19,750 bases of DNA. Origin: Candidatus Hermodarchaeota archaeon. Its GTDB lineage: Archaea; Asgardarchaeota; Lokiarchaeia; Sigyniarchaeales; SOKP01. Every line of letters begins with the position of its first letter. Position 1 is the first letter of the stretch. The stretch lies in the NCBI GenBank assembly GCA_048885535.1, contig JBHLLO010000058.1:1-19750 (forward strand). Direction: 5' to 3'. Shown in pieces: positions 8,529 through 18,204 of this stretch. The translations under genes were made by a program, and so were the position numbers. A model generated the notes under the pieces. It made no database searches. It was not told the DNA's origin and saw only the letters and a list, made by a program, of their open reading frames with translations.

Positions 8529-10217
8529 TTAAACTTCTTCTCCTCGTCTTTTTGCTTCGATATCTTTTAATTCTTTTCTCTGTACTTTACCAACCAGTGT
8601 TTCTGGAAGTTCTTTTCTGAATTCAATGAATTTTGGGACTTTATATGGAGCAACATTTTGTCTTAAGAATTCCTTTATCTCATTTTTAATTTCGTCACTT
8701 TCTGGGTACCCATCTTTTAAAACAAGATATGCTTTAACTTTTTCACTTCCAGGTAGGTCAGGATCTGGTATACCTATAATAGCAGCATTTTCTATAGCAT
8801 CATGTTCGAATAAGACATCTTCAAGTTCTCGAGGATATACCTTAAAGCCGCTGACATTTATCATATCCTTCTTTCGATCAACAATGTAGAAATAGCCATC
8901 CTCATCCATCTTTCCGATATCTCCTGTTAAAACCCATCCTTCCTTTAATTGATTAGCTGTTTCCTCTGGTTTATTCCAATATCCTTTAAATACTTGAGGA
9001 CCCTTCATCATAATTTCTCCTGCTTCGCCAAGAGGAACAATTTTTGTGTAATCTTCAATATCAACTATCTTAACTTCTGTATCAGGTATTGGCATCCCTA
9101 CAGAACCAATTTTTCTTTCTCCTGCTATTGGATTACTATGTGTTACGGGAGAAGTTTCTGTCATGCCATAACCTTCTAATACTTTTCCACCTGTTCGTTC
9201 TTCAAATTCTTTAAGAACTTCTGGAGGCATTGGTGCTGCTCCTGTGTTACAAATTCTGATAGATTTAAGATATTTAGCATAATCTTCTAAGTCATCTCTT
9301 TCCAAAAGACGCATATACATGGTTGGAACTCCTGGAAACATCGAAGGTTGAGTGGATTTAATCACTTCAAATAGAGATTTTTGATCCCGCGCATCAGGAT
9401 TTAAAGCTATTGTTGAAGCAAAATATATGTGTATATTCATACAGACAGTTTGACCATAAATATGAAAAAGAGGTAAATTAGTCAAAATAGTTTCCTTACC
9501 TCTTGATGATGCTTGACCAATCCAAGAAAGAGTTGCTAGGCTATTTGATACAAGGTTATAATGAGTCAGCATCGCACCCTTTGGTACTCCCGTTGTTCCT
9601 CCTGTGTATTGAAGGCAAGCAATATCCTCCTTTGCACTAGTTTCGAATTTGGGTGGACTTGGTTTTGTATTATCGACCAAATTGAGGAATTGTAGAGTTC
9701 CTGCTATCTCGGGAGGATTCCTTGGAGCCATTGGAGAATAATCTAGAACATTTGTTATTATAACATTCCTTAAACGAGTTCTATCTCTAATTTTATTGAT
9801 TTTTTCAACTTGATTATCCCACGCAATAATAGTTTCAGCTCCAGAATCGTTTAATTGGTACATTAATTCATGTTCTGTATGTAGAACACTAACACAAGTA
9901 ACTATTCCACCAGCCTTCAATATTCCATAATAACTCATTATAAATTGAGGGAAATTTGGAATCATAATAGCTACAACATCGCCTTTCTTAACACCCAAAT
10001 TAACAAGTGCTGTAGCTAATCTATCTGTTATATCTTTCAATTTTTTATATGAGATTTTATTTTTTGAAAACCAAATTGCTGTCCGGCTTCCAAAATCTTT
10101 TGTCGAATTGTCTAAAAACTCATAGATATTCATTTCAGGATAATCTATATGGGCTGGAACGCCCTCATCATAATGTTTTAACCAAGGTTTTGAAGCATAG
10201 GGATTCATTTCACTCAT
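8529..10217 (-). CDS. fadD: Long-chain fatty-acid--CoA ligase (AMP-forming)
   Basis: YTGGTTGVPKG AMP-binding motif, EGYGMTETSP, TGDIG, DRKKDMI, LPETLVGKV. ATG at 10217 (MSEMNPY) is chosen because GGAGGT lies at 10234-10229. Confidence 0.92.
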   Translation of the reverse strand: MSEMNPYASKPWLKHYDEGVPAHIDYPEMNIYEFLDNSTKDFGSRTAIWFSKNKISYKKLKDITDRLATALVNLGVKKGDVVAIMIPNFPQFIMSYYGILKAGGIVTCVSVLHTEHELMYQLNDSGAETIIAWDNQVEKINKIRDRTRLRNVIITNVLDYSPMAPRNPPEIAGTLQFLNLVDNTKPSPPKFETSAKEDIACLQYTGGTTGVPKGAMLTHYNLVSNSLATLSWIGQASSRGKETILTNLPLFHIYGQTVCMNIHIYFASTIALNPDARDQKSLFEVIKSTQPSMFPGVPTMYMRLLERDDLEDYAKYLKSIRICNTGAAPMPPEVLKEFEERTGGKVLEGYGMTETSPVTHSNPIAGERKIGSVGMPIPDTEVKIVDIEDYTKIVPLGEAGEIMMKGPQVFKGYWNKPEETANQLKEGWVLTGDIGKMDEDGYFYIVDRKKDMINVSGFKVYPRELEDVLFEHDAIENAAIIGIPDPDLPGSEKVKAYLVLKDGYPESDEIKNEIKEFLRQNVAPYKVPKFIEFRKELPETLVGKVQRKELKDIEAKRRGEEV

Positions 10218-10296
10218 TATATATATATACCTCCAAAAAATAGATAACTCATAATAATTCAAAAGATTTATTATAAAATAAAAAGGTTTTGATAAA

Positions 10297-11817
10297 TTAC
10301 CTTTCTAGGCTATCCAAGGCAGTTATAGCAGATTCACAAACATAATCACATTTGTCTTGTATAAGAGCTTTCAAACCTGAAACAACTTCTGGTGTAGTTA
10401 CACCAATTCTTGCCAGTGCTTCAGTTGCTCTCCATCTAACATCTGGATTTTTATCATTTAACGCATTTATCAATGATGGAATTGCTTTTTCAGCAAATTT
10501 ACCTAATTTACCTATTGATAACGCGACTGCTCTGCGTACAAACTCCGATTTATCATTTAAAGCATGTATAAGAGCAGATAAAGCATCTTCTGATTCAATT
10601 CCGATAAGTCCTAATGCCCTTGCCGCTTCTACTCGAACATTTTTTTTCCCAGTATTCAAAACTTCAATCATGAATGGGATAGCTTCTTTTGCGTCAACAC
10701 CGATACCCCCAATTGAAGAAATAATCATTTTTTTGCGTCGTTTATTAGTTATAAAATATTTAGCTATATAGTAGAGAGTAAAAATTAGAGGGCTTATTAA
10801 GGATAAAACTAGTATGAAGTTTACAAGAAAATTTGAAAATAATAATACTATATACCAAAGAAGGTAGTACCCAGCATATACCAAAGAAGGTAGTATCCCA
10901 TACAATATCGGATAAAATGAAAACCTCATATTCTCATTATAAGCTTTGATTAATAAAGGTACAGAATCTTTCCCAATCGAGTGAAGAGCATCAGCAGCTT
11001 TTCCTTGAATAATTTCATTGTTATCTCTTAATCCTAAATATAAATTTTCTATAACTTTAGGATCTGATATTTTTAACTCTCCTAAAGTTTCAATAGCTTC
11101 TTTTCTTACAATCAGATTTTCATGATTTAATAGATCTAATATAGATGGTATCGCTGTTTCTCCCATCTCAGCTATTGTGTTAATTATTCTATATCTTACT
11201 CTCCAATCCTTATCATTAAGCGCTGAAATTAAACTTGGAAGAGCTTCTATAGATCCTTTTCCAATTTTACTTATTGCTTGAGCGGTGGCAGTCCTAACCG
11301 CCCAACTAATATCTTTAAGGCTTTTCATTAAATAAGGAATTGAATCACTTGCTTCAGGACCAATAAGTCCAAGAGCATTTGCTGCTTCTATTCGAACTTC
11401 TTCATTATTATCTTTTAATGCTTTATTTAAACTATTTAAAGATTCAGGAGTGGGATTCTTTATCTTGCCTAATGAGACTGCTGCTTCTTTTCGAATTGAT
11501 TCATATTCACTGTTTAATAATTTAGTGAGTTCTGGGACAGCTTCTTTTACACTACTTCCAATCTTTCCTAAGGTTCGAACGGTCTCACGACAGACACTCC
11601 AATCCTCATCTGATAGACAGTTTATTAATTTTGACGCTACAATAGCCGATTTCTCTCCTAATTCTCCTAAAATAAATATCGCATTAAATTTAATTGACCT
11701 GATTTCATTATCTAAATTTTTAATTATTTGATTGATAATTGAAGGATCTTTTTCAATTCTTGCTAATATTAAATCAATTCTGGCATCTCTGAGTAGTTTT
11801 TCTAAAGTAACTGACAA
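10297..11817 (-). CDS. HEAT/PBS-lyase-like repeat protein with an internal transmembrane hairpin
   Basis: Repeated L..AL.D....VR..AA.ALG.IG units; hydrophobic stretch aa ~298-356; TTG start with GGGTGA upstream. Confidence 0.85.
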   Translation of the reverse strand: MSVTLEKLLRDARIDLILARIEKDPSIINQIIKNLDNEIRSIKFNAIFILGELGEKSAIVASKLINCLSDEDWSVCRETVRTLGKIGSSVKEAVPELTKLLNSEYESIRKEAAVSLGKIKNPTPESLNSLNKALKDNNEEVRIEAANALGLIGPEASDSIPYLMKSLKDISWAVRTATAQAISKIGKGSIEALPSLISALNDKDWRVRYRIINTIAEMGETAIPSILDLLNHENLIVRKEAIETLGELKISDPKVIENLYLGLRDNNEIIQGKAADALHSIGKDSVPLLIKAYNENMRFSFYPILYGILPSLVYAGYYLLWYIVLLFSNFLVNFILVLSLISPLIFTLYYIAKYFITNKRRKKMIISSIGGIGVDAKEAIPFMIEVLNTGKKNVRVEAARALGLIGIESEDALSALIHALNDKSEFVRRAVALSIGKLGKFAEKAIPSLINALNDKNPDVRWRATEALARIGVTTPEVVSGLKALIQDKCDYVCESAITALDSLER

Positions 11818-11828
11818 TTTAAATCACC

Positions 11829-12542
11829 CTAAATTCCTAAATATACTTCTTTTATTCTAGGTTCTCGTTCTAATTCATCTTTTGTGCCTCTCATTTCAAT
11901 TTTTCCTTCTTCCAAAACATGAATAGTCTCAGAAACATCCATGGCTAATACAGCATCTTGTTCAACTAATAATATGGTAGTACCCTCTTCTTTTATTTTT
12001 TGTATGGCTTTAAATATGTTATTTTTAATTTTAGGAGCTAATCCCAAAGATGGTTCATCCATTAAGAGTAATTTTGGATTTGACATAAGAGAACGTGCGA
12101 TAGCAAGCATTTGCTGTTCACCACCACTGAGAGTCCCGGCTCGCTGCTTTTTTCTCTCCTTAAGACGTGGAAAAAGTTCAAATATCATCTTTATTAATTC
12201 TTTATATTTTGTTTTATCTTTTAGTGAATAGGCACCCATACGAAGGTTTTCCTCGACATTCATATCATAAAAAAGTCTTCGACGTTCTGGACAATGCCCA
12301 ATTCCCATTCTTGCGATTTTATAAGCTTTTTCCTCGTCTATTCTTACTCCTCTAAAGATAATTTTTCCTCTGTCAGGTTCTTCTAAGCCAGAAATCACTT
12401 TTAGGAGTGTAGACTTACCAGCACCATTAGGTCCAATAACAGAATCTAATGATTTTTCTTCTATTTTTAAATTTACTTCTTCAAGGCTTTTAGCTTTTCC
12501 ATAATAATGATAAATTTTTTTTAATTCAAGCAAATTCTTCAC
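11829..12542 (-). CDS. livF: HAAT (LIV) family ABC transporter ATP-binding subunit
   Basis: GPNGAGKST, LFPRLKER, LSGGEQQMLAIAR, LLMDEPSLGLAP, LLVEQ; true start may be TTG at 12533. Confidence 0.92.
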   Translation of the reverse strand: MKNLLELKKIYHYYGKAKSLEEVNLKIEEKSLDSVIGPNGAGKSTLLKVISGLEEPDRGKIIFRGVRIDEEKAYKIARMGIGHCPERRRLFYDMNVEENLRMGAYSLKDKTKYKELIKMIFELFPRLKERKKQRAGTLSGGEQQMLAIARSLMSNPKLLLMDEPSLGLAPKIKNNIFKAIQKIKEEGTTILLVEQDAVLAMDVSETIHVLEEGKIEMRGTKDELEREPRIKEVYLGI

Positions 12543-13266
12543 CTCTACCTAAATATGCCTCAAGAACTATTTTATTATTAGCCACTTCTTTTGGGGGGCC
12601 ATCAGCTATAAATTTACCTTGATGCATTGCAATTACTCTTGGGACTAATGACATTAATTCCCTTAATACATGTCCCGTGATAAATATAGTTACTCCATCA
12701 TCATGTAATTTTTTAATTAAATCTGTAATAACATCTTGTTCTTCGTGACCAAGACCACTGAAAGGCTCATCAAGAAGTAGCAATTGGGGATTAGTGCCAA
12801 TTGCTTTACCAATTTGGAGTTTTCTCAAATCACCATGAGGTAAAATAACTGGTGGTATTCTAGCTTTGTCGATAAGTCCGACAGAAGCGAGGATTGAACT
12901 AGCATACTCCTCAACCCCAATATTTCTTGCAACTACTTTTCCTCGTGGTGAAAGACATGAAACTGTAACATTATCAAGGAGATTTAGATACTTAAACGAT
13001 CTTACTAATTGAAAAGTTCGGGCAATTCCTAAATTTACAATTTTATAAGGCTTCTTGCCTGAAATATTAATTCCATCAAATCTTATACTGCCTGCATTAG
13101 GCTTTTCAAAACCAGATATTAAATTAAACACTGTAGTTTTTCCAGCACCATTCGGTCCAATTAAACCAACAAATTCTCCACGTTTAATTTCAAAACTGAA
13201 ATCATTAACAGCTGTAAGTCCACCAAATTTCTTCGTTAAATTTTTAACCTCTAAAATTATACCCAT
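12526..13266 (-). CDS. livG: HAAT (LIV) family ABC transporter ATP-binding subunit
   Basis: FGGLTAV, GPNGAGKTT, GIARTFQ, LLLLDEP, C-terminal VLEAYLG. Confidence 0.9.
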   Translation of the reverse strand: MGIILEVKNLTKKFGGLTAVNDFSFEIKRGEFVGLIGPNGAGKTTVFNLISGFEKPNAGSIRFDGINISGKKPYKIVNLGIARTFQLVRSFKYLNLLDNVTVSCLSPRGKVVARNIGVEEYASSILASVGLIDKARIPPVILPHGDLRKLQIGKAIGTNPQLLLLDEPFSGLGHEEQDVITDLIKKLHDDGVTIFITGHVLRELMSLVPRVIAMHQGKFIADGPPKEVANNKIVLEAYLGRGEEFA

Positions 13267-13309
13267 CTTTTAAAGCACTGTATTTTAATATTTAACTTTA
13301 TGATTATTT

Positions 13310-14338
13310 TTACCTTCCTAGCAGGAGATCCCATAAATCTTTTAAACGCTCTAAAGCAGGTCTTAATATTCCCTGTGACACAAATCGAATTATAAGTATT
13401 AGCAAAATTGAAAACACAAATCTTGGATCAAAAAAAGCTCCCAAAATAGGAATGGGAGCTAATTGATCTAAATCTCTAAGAATTTCGCTTAGAAAAATAA
13501 ATGTGAATGCTCCTAAGGCTGATCCAGAAATTGATGCAATACCACCTAATGCGGCCATTATCAAAACAATAAATGAATAATACGGTTGGAAAATTTGGGG
13601 GTTTACACTCCTATTATACATAGCAAAAAGGCAACCAGCCAATCCAGCGAATAAGCTACTAATCATGAAAGCAAAAACTTTATATTTCGTTACATTTATT
13701 CCTGAGGCCCTAGAACCCGTTTCATCATCACGAATAGACTTAAAAATTGTGCCCATCTTAGATTTGGTAATTTGAATCATTATTATCATAGAAAGACACA
13801 TAAATATCAATATAGTGAAATAAAATATTACATAATTATTGGAGAGGGGTGGAATACCAGATATTCCTTCCTCACCCCATAGAAAATCTTTGAATTGGGG
13901 TATTCTAAATAAGCTCATTAACATTATGCCAATAACCATAGTACCTAGAGCTAAGTATGGACCTTTTAACCTTAAACAAACGATTCCTATTAGAAAACCA
14001 ATTCCCACCGAAACTAACGTCCCAACAATTAATGATGCCCACCACGGAAAGTCATTGAACATAAGAGTAGCACTAAATGTATAAGCTGAAGTTCCAAAAA
14101 AAATAGCATGTCCAAAACTTACTTGTCCTGCAAATCCAGCAAGAAAATCCCAACTAGCTGCAAAAATAGCAAATATCATTGCAAGTACAAAAATTCCCAA
14201 AAAATAAGCATTTTGAGTCAAGATTGGAAAAGTAAAAAGTCCTATTAAACATACCAAGGTTAATGCTCCTTTGAAAGAAGATGCCCAATCTTTTAAATAT
14301 TTGGGAAATCCCTCTAACTTTTCTTTTATTTTACTCAT
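13310..14338 (-). CDS. livM: HAAT (LIV) family ABC transporter permease
   Basis: GFAGQVSFGHAIFFG, RLKGPYLALGT, SIRDDE..S..SGIN, LGG. Confidence 0.9.
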   Translation of the reverse strand: MSKIKEKLEGFPKYLKDWASSFKGALTLVCLIGLFTFPILTQNAYFLGIFVLAMIFAIFAASWDFLAGFAGQVSFGHAIFFGTSAYTFSATLMFNDFPWWASLIVGTLVSVGIGFLIGIVCLRLKGPYLALGTMVIGIMLMSLFRIPQFKDFLWGEEGISGIPPLSNNYVIFYFTILIFMCLSMIIMIQITKSKMGTIFKSIRDDETGSRASGINVTKYKVFAFMISSLFAGLAGCLFAMYNRSVNPQIFQPYYSFIVLIMAALGGIASISGSALGAFTFIFLSEILRDLDQLAPIPILGAFFDPRFVFSILLILIIRFVSQGILRPALERLKDLWDLLLGR

Positions 14339-14380
14339 TCTAAAAAACCATCCTTAGATTATGGGCTTAATTTATTTTCC

Positions 14381-15253
14381 TCAACTAATTTCTTTTTTAC
14401 CAAATAATCCTCTAGGTCTAATTACAAGAATTATAATTATAATCACGATTGGAACTAACGAGGAGTAGACAGGATCGAGAAAAGAATCTGTAAGGAGTCT
14501 AGCATACCCTAGAATGAAAGCTCCAATTACACTACCAGGTAGACTTCCCATCCCTCCAAGAATTACTACAGCAATTGCATTTGTAAGTATAGGCCATCCT
14601 TTATATGGCGCTACCAAATCCAAAGGCACATACAGTATAGCAGCTGTACCCGCAAGAAATGCTGATATCATCACAGTATACATAAGAATTCTATCAGCAT
14701 TTATACCCATTAACATGGCTGCCTCTCGATCCTGGGAAACTGCTCGAATAGATTTCCCGAGTTTAGATTTTTTTATAAAAATTGTGACCAAAACTACAAA
14801 TACTAATGATAATATAATAAGTATAATCCAATGTACTTGAACTTGTAAACCAAAAAATTGTACCCTCTGATCCCAAATAGTTGAAATTGAATGGGTATCT
14901 GGATCACTTATTGCGATTACTAACTGTTCGCAAAAAAAACCTATTGCAAACGTTCCAATTAGAACACTTATTTCATGCCCTTTTAAAGGCTTTATAAGCA
15001 ATAAATATGAAAGCATACCTACTGTAGTTGCTGCAATTAAAGCTAAAACCATCCCTAAATAAAAACCCAATAAGGGGAATGCACCAAGATATAACCAAGT
15101 TAAATAAAAAGTATATGCCCCAATTAAGTAATAAGCACCATGAGCTAAATTTAAAATACCACCCACTCCATATACTAAAGAATACCCTAATGCGATCAAT
15201 GCATTAACAGCACCTTGTGCTGTTCCGTAAAAAATTATATCTTCACCAGCCAA
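14381..15253 (-). CDS. livH: HAAT (LIV) family ABC transporter permease
   Basis: ALIALGYSLVYGVGGILNLAHG, LGKSIRAVSQDREAAMLMGIN, VILGGMGS, RPRGLFG. Confidence 0.92.
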   Translation of the reverse strand: MAGEDIIFYGTAQGAVNALIALGYSLVYGVGGILNLAHGAYYLIGAYTFYLTWLYLGAFPLLGFYLGMVLALIAATTVGMLSYLLLIKPLKGHEISVLIGTFAIGFFCEQLVIAISDPDTHSISTIWDQRVQFFGLQVQVHWIILIILSLVFVVLVTIFIKKSKLGKSIRAVSQDREAAMLMGINADRILMYTVMISAFLAGTAAILYVPLDLVAPYKGWPILTNAIAVVILGGMGSLPGSVIGAFILGYARLLTDSFLDPVYSSLVPIVIIIIILVIRPRGLFGKKEIS

Positions 15254-15545
15254 ATACTTTAACCTCTCTACTCAATTTAAACAGAGTGAATTTTATTATT
15301 CTAGTTAAATTTTGCTAAATCCTAATTCGATTATAAAAATCTATTTCTAATGTAAATTATTTTGTGTCGATTATTTAAAAAGCTTTTTATTCAATCATTT
15401 TCAAATATGCTAATCAATGTCCTTAATTTAATAAAAATGTCAGAAATTTTTAATTCCCAAATCAAAAATTATAAATCTTTAAATATATGTTTATCTCAAT
15501 TAGAAAATGTTAATCTAAAATTTATACAAAAAAGTGATTTTAAAA

Positions 15546-16997
15546 ATGGAAAGAAGAACAAAAAGAATTTTAGCTATAGTACTAGTCGCAATAATTGGTA
15601 CAGCTTCAGGAATTACCATATGGTTAGTTTTAAGACCATATCAATGGAGCGCTGCAGATTGCCCTGGTGTAACACATTTAGATATACCCCCAGAGCGAAT
15701 AATTAAAATAGGAGTTATAGGTGATCTTAACCGAATACAAGGAGAAGGCCAAAAAAATGGAGCATGGCTAAGAGCGTATGAAATCAATACTCACGGTGGC
15801 ATAGATATTGGTGGCACCACCTACTATATTGGAATAACTGCTGAAAATTCAGATGAAGCTAATCCTATTCTTGATACCTCTATTGGTGTAGCAGCGGCGC
15901 AAAGGCTTATTGACTATAAACAAGTTCAATTTGCCACAGGTGGATTTAGAACTGAAGCATTACTTGCATATCGAGACTTTTTCATGGAAAGAAAGATTAT
16001 TTTTATGAATACTGGAGCCGCTACCTCTACTTTTTGTAAAAATGTTTCAAATAATTATCCTGTATATAAATACTTTTTCCAACCTAATCCAATCAATACA
16101 ACTTCCTTGGCTAAAGAATTAATAACTTTAATTATGGGCACAGCATATGTATTAAGCCTTCCAGTTCCATTTGGAACAGGGCATAATGTTACCAGATTTT
16201 CATTTATGAGAGAAGCGTTAACCTGGACTGAAGACTTCCGAAATGCTATGGTTGCTGTACTAACAAACCTAACAGGTACAAATCCATTGTTTGAAATGGA
16301 TTATACTGGTACAGATATAGCATTTCCCCAGGATGTGCAACCAGCACAATTGAATACCTATTGGCAATGGATTGAAAATAATAATACTCAAATTGTAATC
16401 CCTATAATCTCTGGTGTTGCAGGACTACCATTTGTTAATACTTATGCTGATAATACACCACATTGTATCCCAATTGGTATTAATGTAGAAGCTCAAGCTG
16501 GTGATTTCTGGACTAGAACTGGCGGAAAATGTGAGTATGGAGTTACTCTTGAATCTGTATTTAAAACAAATAAAACTGAAAAGACACTCAAATTCTGGAA
16601 TAATTATATTGGTAACCATACCAATTTTGGTTCGCCTACTCCAATTTCGCCAATTTATACCGCTACTGGCAGTTATGATGCGGTCAACCAATTAGCTTGG
16701 GCAATCGAAACAGCTCAATCCTTAAATCCTGACACTATTGTTTCAACATTAGAAACTTTAAACAGAACAAATTACCTTGTAGGTGCTGGGGGATGGGGTT
16801 CTTATGATCCTAGTCATTGTATTACAGAAGGGTGGCCATATGGAACAGCTCTAGCTATTCAATGGTACAGTGGGAATAAGACAATGGTTCCAGGACCAGG
16901 CATATATCCAAGTGGTTTAGGAATAATTTCCCCATATCCACTACAGAATATGTCTCCGCTTCAATTACCATCCTGGGGCCTATACTATTACGATTAA
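15546..16997 (+). CDS. Membrane-anchored HAAT/LivK-type substrate-binding protein
   Basis: Basic N-terminus plus hydrophobic anchor (MERRTKRILAIVLVAIIG...), IKIGVIG, EINTHGGI, GGFRTEA, YDAV..LA.AIE.AQSL; divergent from livHMGF; alternative start GTG 15534. Confidence 0.85.
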   Translation: MERRTKRILAIVLVAIIGTASGITIWLVLRPYQWSAADCPGVTHLDIPPERIIKIGVIGDLNRIQGEGQKNGAWLRAYEINTHGGIDIGGTTYYIGITAENSDEANPILDTSIGVAAAQRLIDYKQVQFATGGFRTEALLAYRDFFMERKIIFMNTGAATSTFCKNVSNNYPVYKYFFQPNPINTTSLAKELITLIMGTAYVLSLPVPFGTGHNVTRFSFMREALTWTEDFRNAMVAVLTNLTGTNPLFEMDYTGTDIAFPQDVQPAQLNTYWQWIENNNTQIVIPIISGVAGLPFVNTYADNTPHCIPIGINVEAQAGDFWTRTGGKCEYGVTLESVFKTNKTEKTLKFWNNYIGNHTNFGSPTPISPIYTATGSYDAVNQLAWAIETAQSLNPDTIVSTLETLNRTNYLVGAGGWGSYDPSHCITEGWPYGTALAIQWYSGNKTMVPGPGIYPSGLGIISPYPLQNMSPLQLPSWGLYYYD

Positions 16998-17014
16998 AAT
17001 TAAATAACTATAAA

Positions 17015-17028
17015 TTTTCTTTTTTTTT
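17015..17028 (+). terminator. Probable T-tract terminator after the substrate-binding protein gene
   Basis: TTTTCTTTTTTTTT shortly after the stop, in a convergent intergenic gap. Confidence 0.45.
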
Positions 17029-17085
17029 AACTTATTGAAAAAATGGAAAGCCTAACTAGAAAAATTCATTTTCTTTTCTTTTATT

Positions 17086-18051
17086 TTATAATTTTAATCG
17101 GATAGATTTAGTTCTATAGTTAAAACTTTCAGTTTCATTAATACATTTATATGTATTATTATCAAATATAAATTTAAGTGCATAAGCATTACTAAATGCA
17201 TAGCTTTCAGCTAAAATTAATATTACAATGATGTTTCTTTTGTTTTCCTGAATAAACGGTATTATACACTTCCATTTATTAAAGAATACATATTTCTTAC
17301 TTAATGAAATAGCTTTTTCAAAAAATTTCATTTCTTTTGAACCTTTTTCTATTTTAAATTCTAATAAATTAATCTCCTTTGAAAAAAATTGATACTTTTT
17401 AATTAATTTAAACAAAAGAATGTTTTCAAAACTCTGGTTTTCATAAACAAAATAGATAAAAGGAAATAATCCCGGAATGTAAAGGGTATTAGGAGGTAAT
17501 TTTGCTTGAATCCATATTTTTGAAATAAAACGATATAAGAAATAAACTAAGTAAAATCCAAAAAAGTATTGAAATAGATATGAAAAAAAAAGTTGTGGTA
17601 AAAAGAAGTATAATAATGAATAGAAAACAATAACAAGACCAGAGATTAGAGCCAATACTAAATTGATTGCCCTATCTATGAAAAATCTATATCTCTTTTT
17701 AGAGAATGGATAAAAAATAGGGATTTTTGATGCTGTTACTAAATCAAGTGAAATATGGATACTATAAAATAGAAATCCCACAAACCAAGCAATAATAAAT
17801 TGTTCAATGGTTATGATTGTAAATATTATTGCAGTGAAAAAAGAAAAGATTAAAGCTGTGAAATAGGAATGTGATAATCCTTTATGGGACAAAAAATTTG
17901 ATTTTATAATCAGCCGTAATGGTGCTAATAGTATATCGAAATCAGCAATTATAGCCATTATTACAGCATAAAGAGCTATACTGAACGGCAACGAGTTAAG
18001 AGTATTGATACTTATGAAGATTCCTATTAAGAAATGTGTGAAGAAATCCAT
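17086..18051 (-). CDS. YdjM-like membrane metal-dependent hydrolase
   Basis: MDxxTH, DFD, HKGLSHS, HISLD motifs, PIFYPFS, multiple TM segments. Confidence 0.8.
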   Translation of the reverse strand: MDFFTHFLIGIFISINTLNSLPFSIALYAVIMAIIADFDILLAPLRLIIKSNFLSHKGLSHSYFTALIFSFFTAIIFTIITIEQFIIAWFVGFLFYSIHISLDLVTASKIPIFYPFSKKRYRFFIDRAINLVLALISGLVIVFYSLLYFFLPQLFFSYLFQYFFGFYLVYFLYRFISKIWIQAKLPPNTLYIPGLFPFIYFVYENQSFENILLFKLIKKYQFFSKEINLLEFKIEKGSKEMKFFEKAISLSKKYVFFNKWKCIIPFIQENKRNIIVILILAESYAFSNAYALKFIFDNNTYKCINETESFNYRTKSIRLKL

Positions 18052-18150
18052 AAGTACTCGAAAATTTAAATTAGGAATTATTTTTTAAGTTTCAGATTTT
18101 AAAATAAAGGGTAAAATAGCTTATATATTTTTTTATAAAAACTAAGGAGG

Positions 18151-18204
18151 CAATCCTTTTGTCAATCTTTCACTAAATTTTATTAAAAGATTTCATCCAA
18201 ATTG
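18151..18204 (-). promoter_or_regulatory. Eukaryote-like SECIS element (selenocysteine insertion hairpin)
   Basis: Minus strand CAAUUU-GG-AUGA-AAUCUUUUAAU-AAAA-UUUAGUGAAAGAUU-GA-CAAAA-GGAUUG: helix I, AUGA/GA core, ~11-13 bp helix II, unpaired-A apex 11 nt after the core. Confidence 0.75.

Noticed and set aside
15270-15287. Imperfect palindrome ACTC-AATTTAAACA-GAGT upstream of livH
   Set aside because: Short arms, single copy, expected by chance in AT-rich DNA
15362-15706. 114-aa ORF spanning the divergent promoter and the start of the binding-protein gene
   Set aside because: Low-complexity AT-rich translation, out-of-frame overlap with a well-supported gene, no motifs
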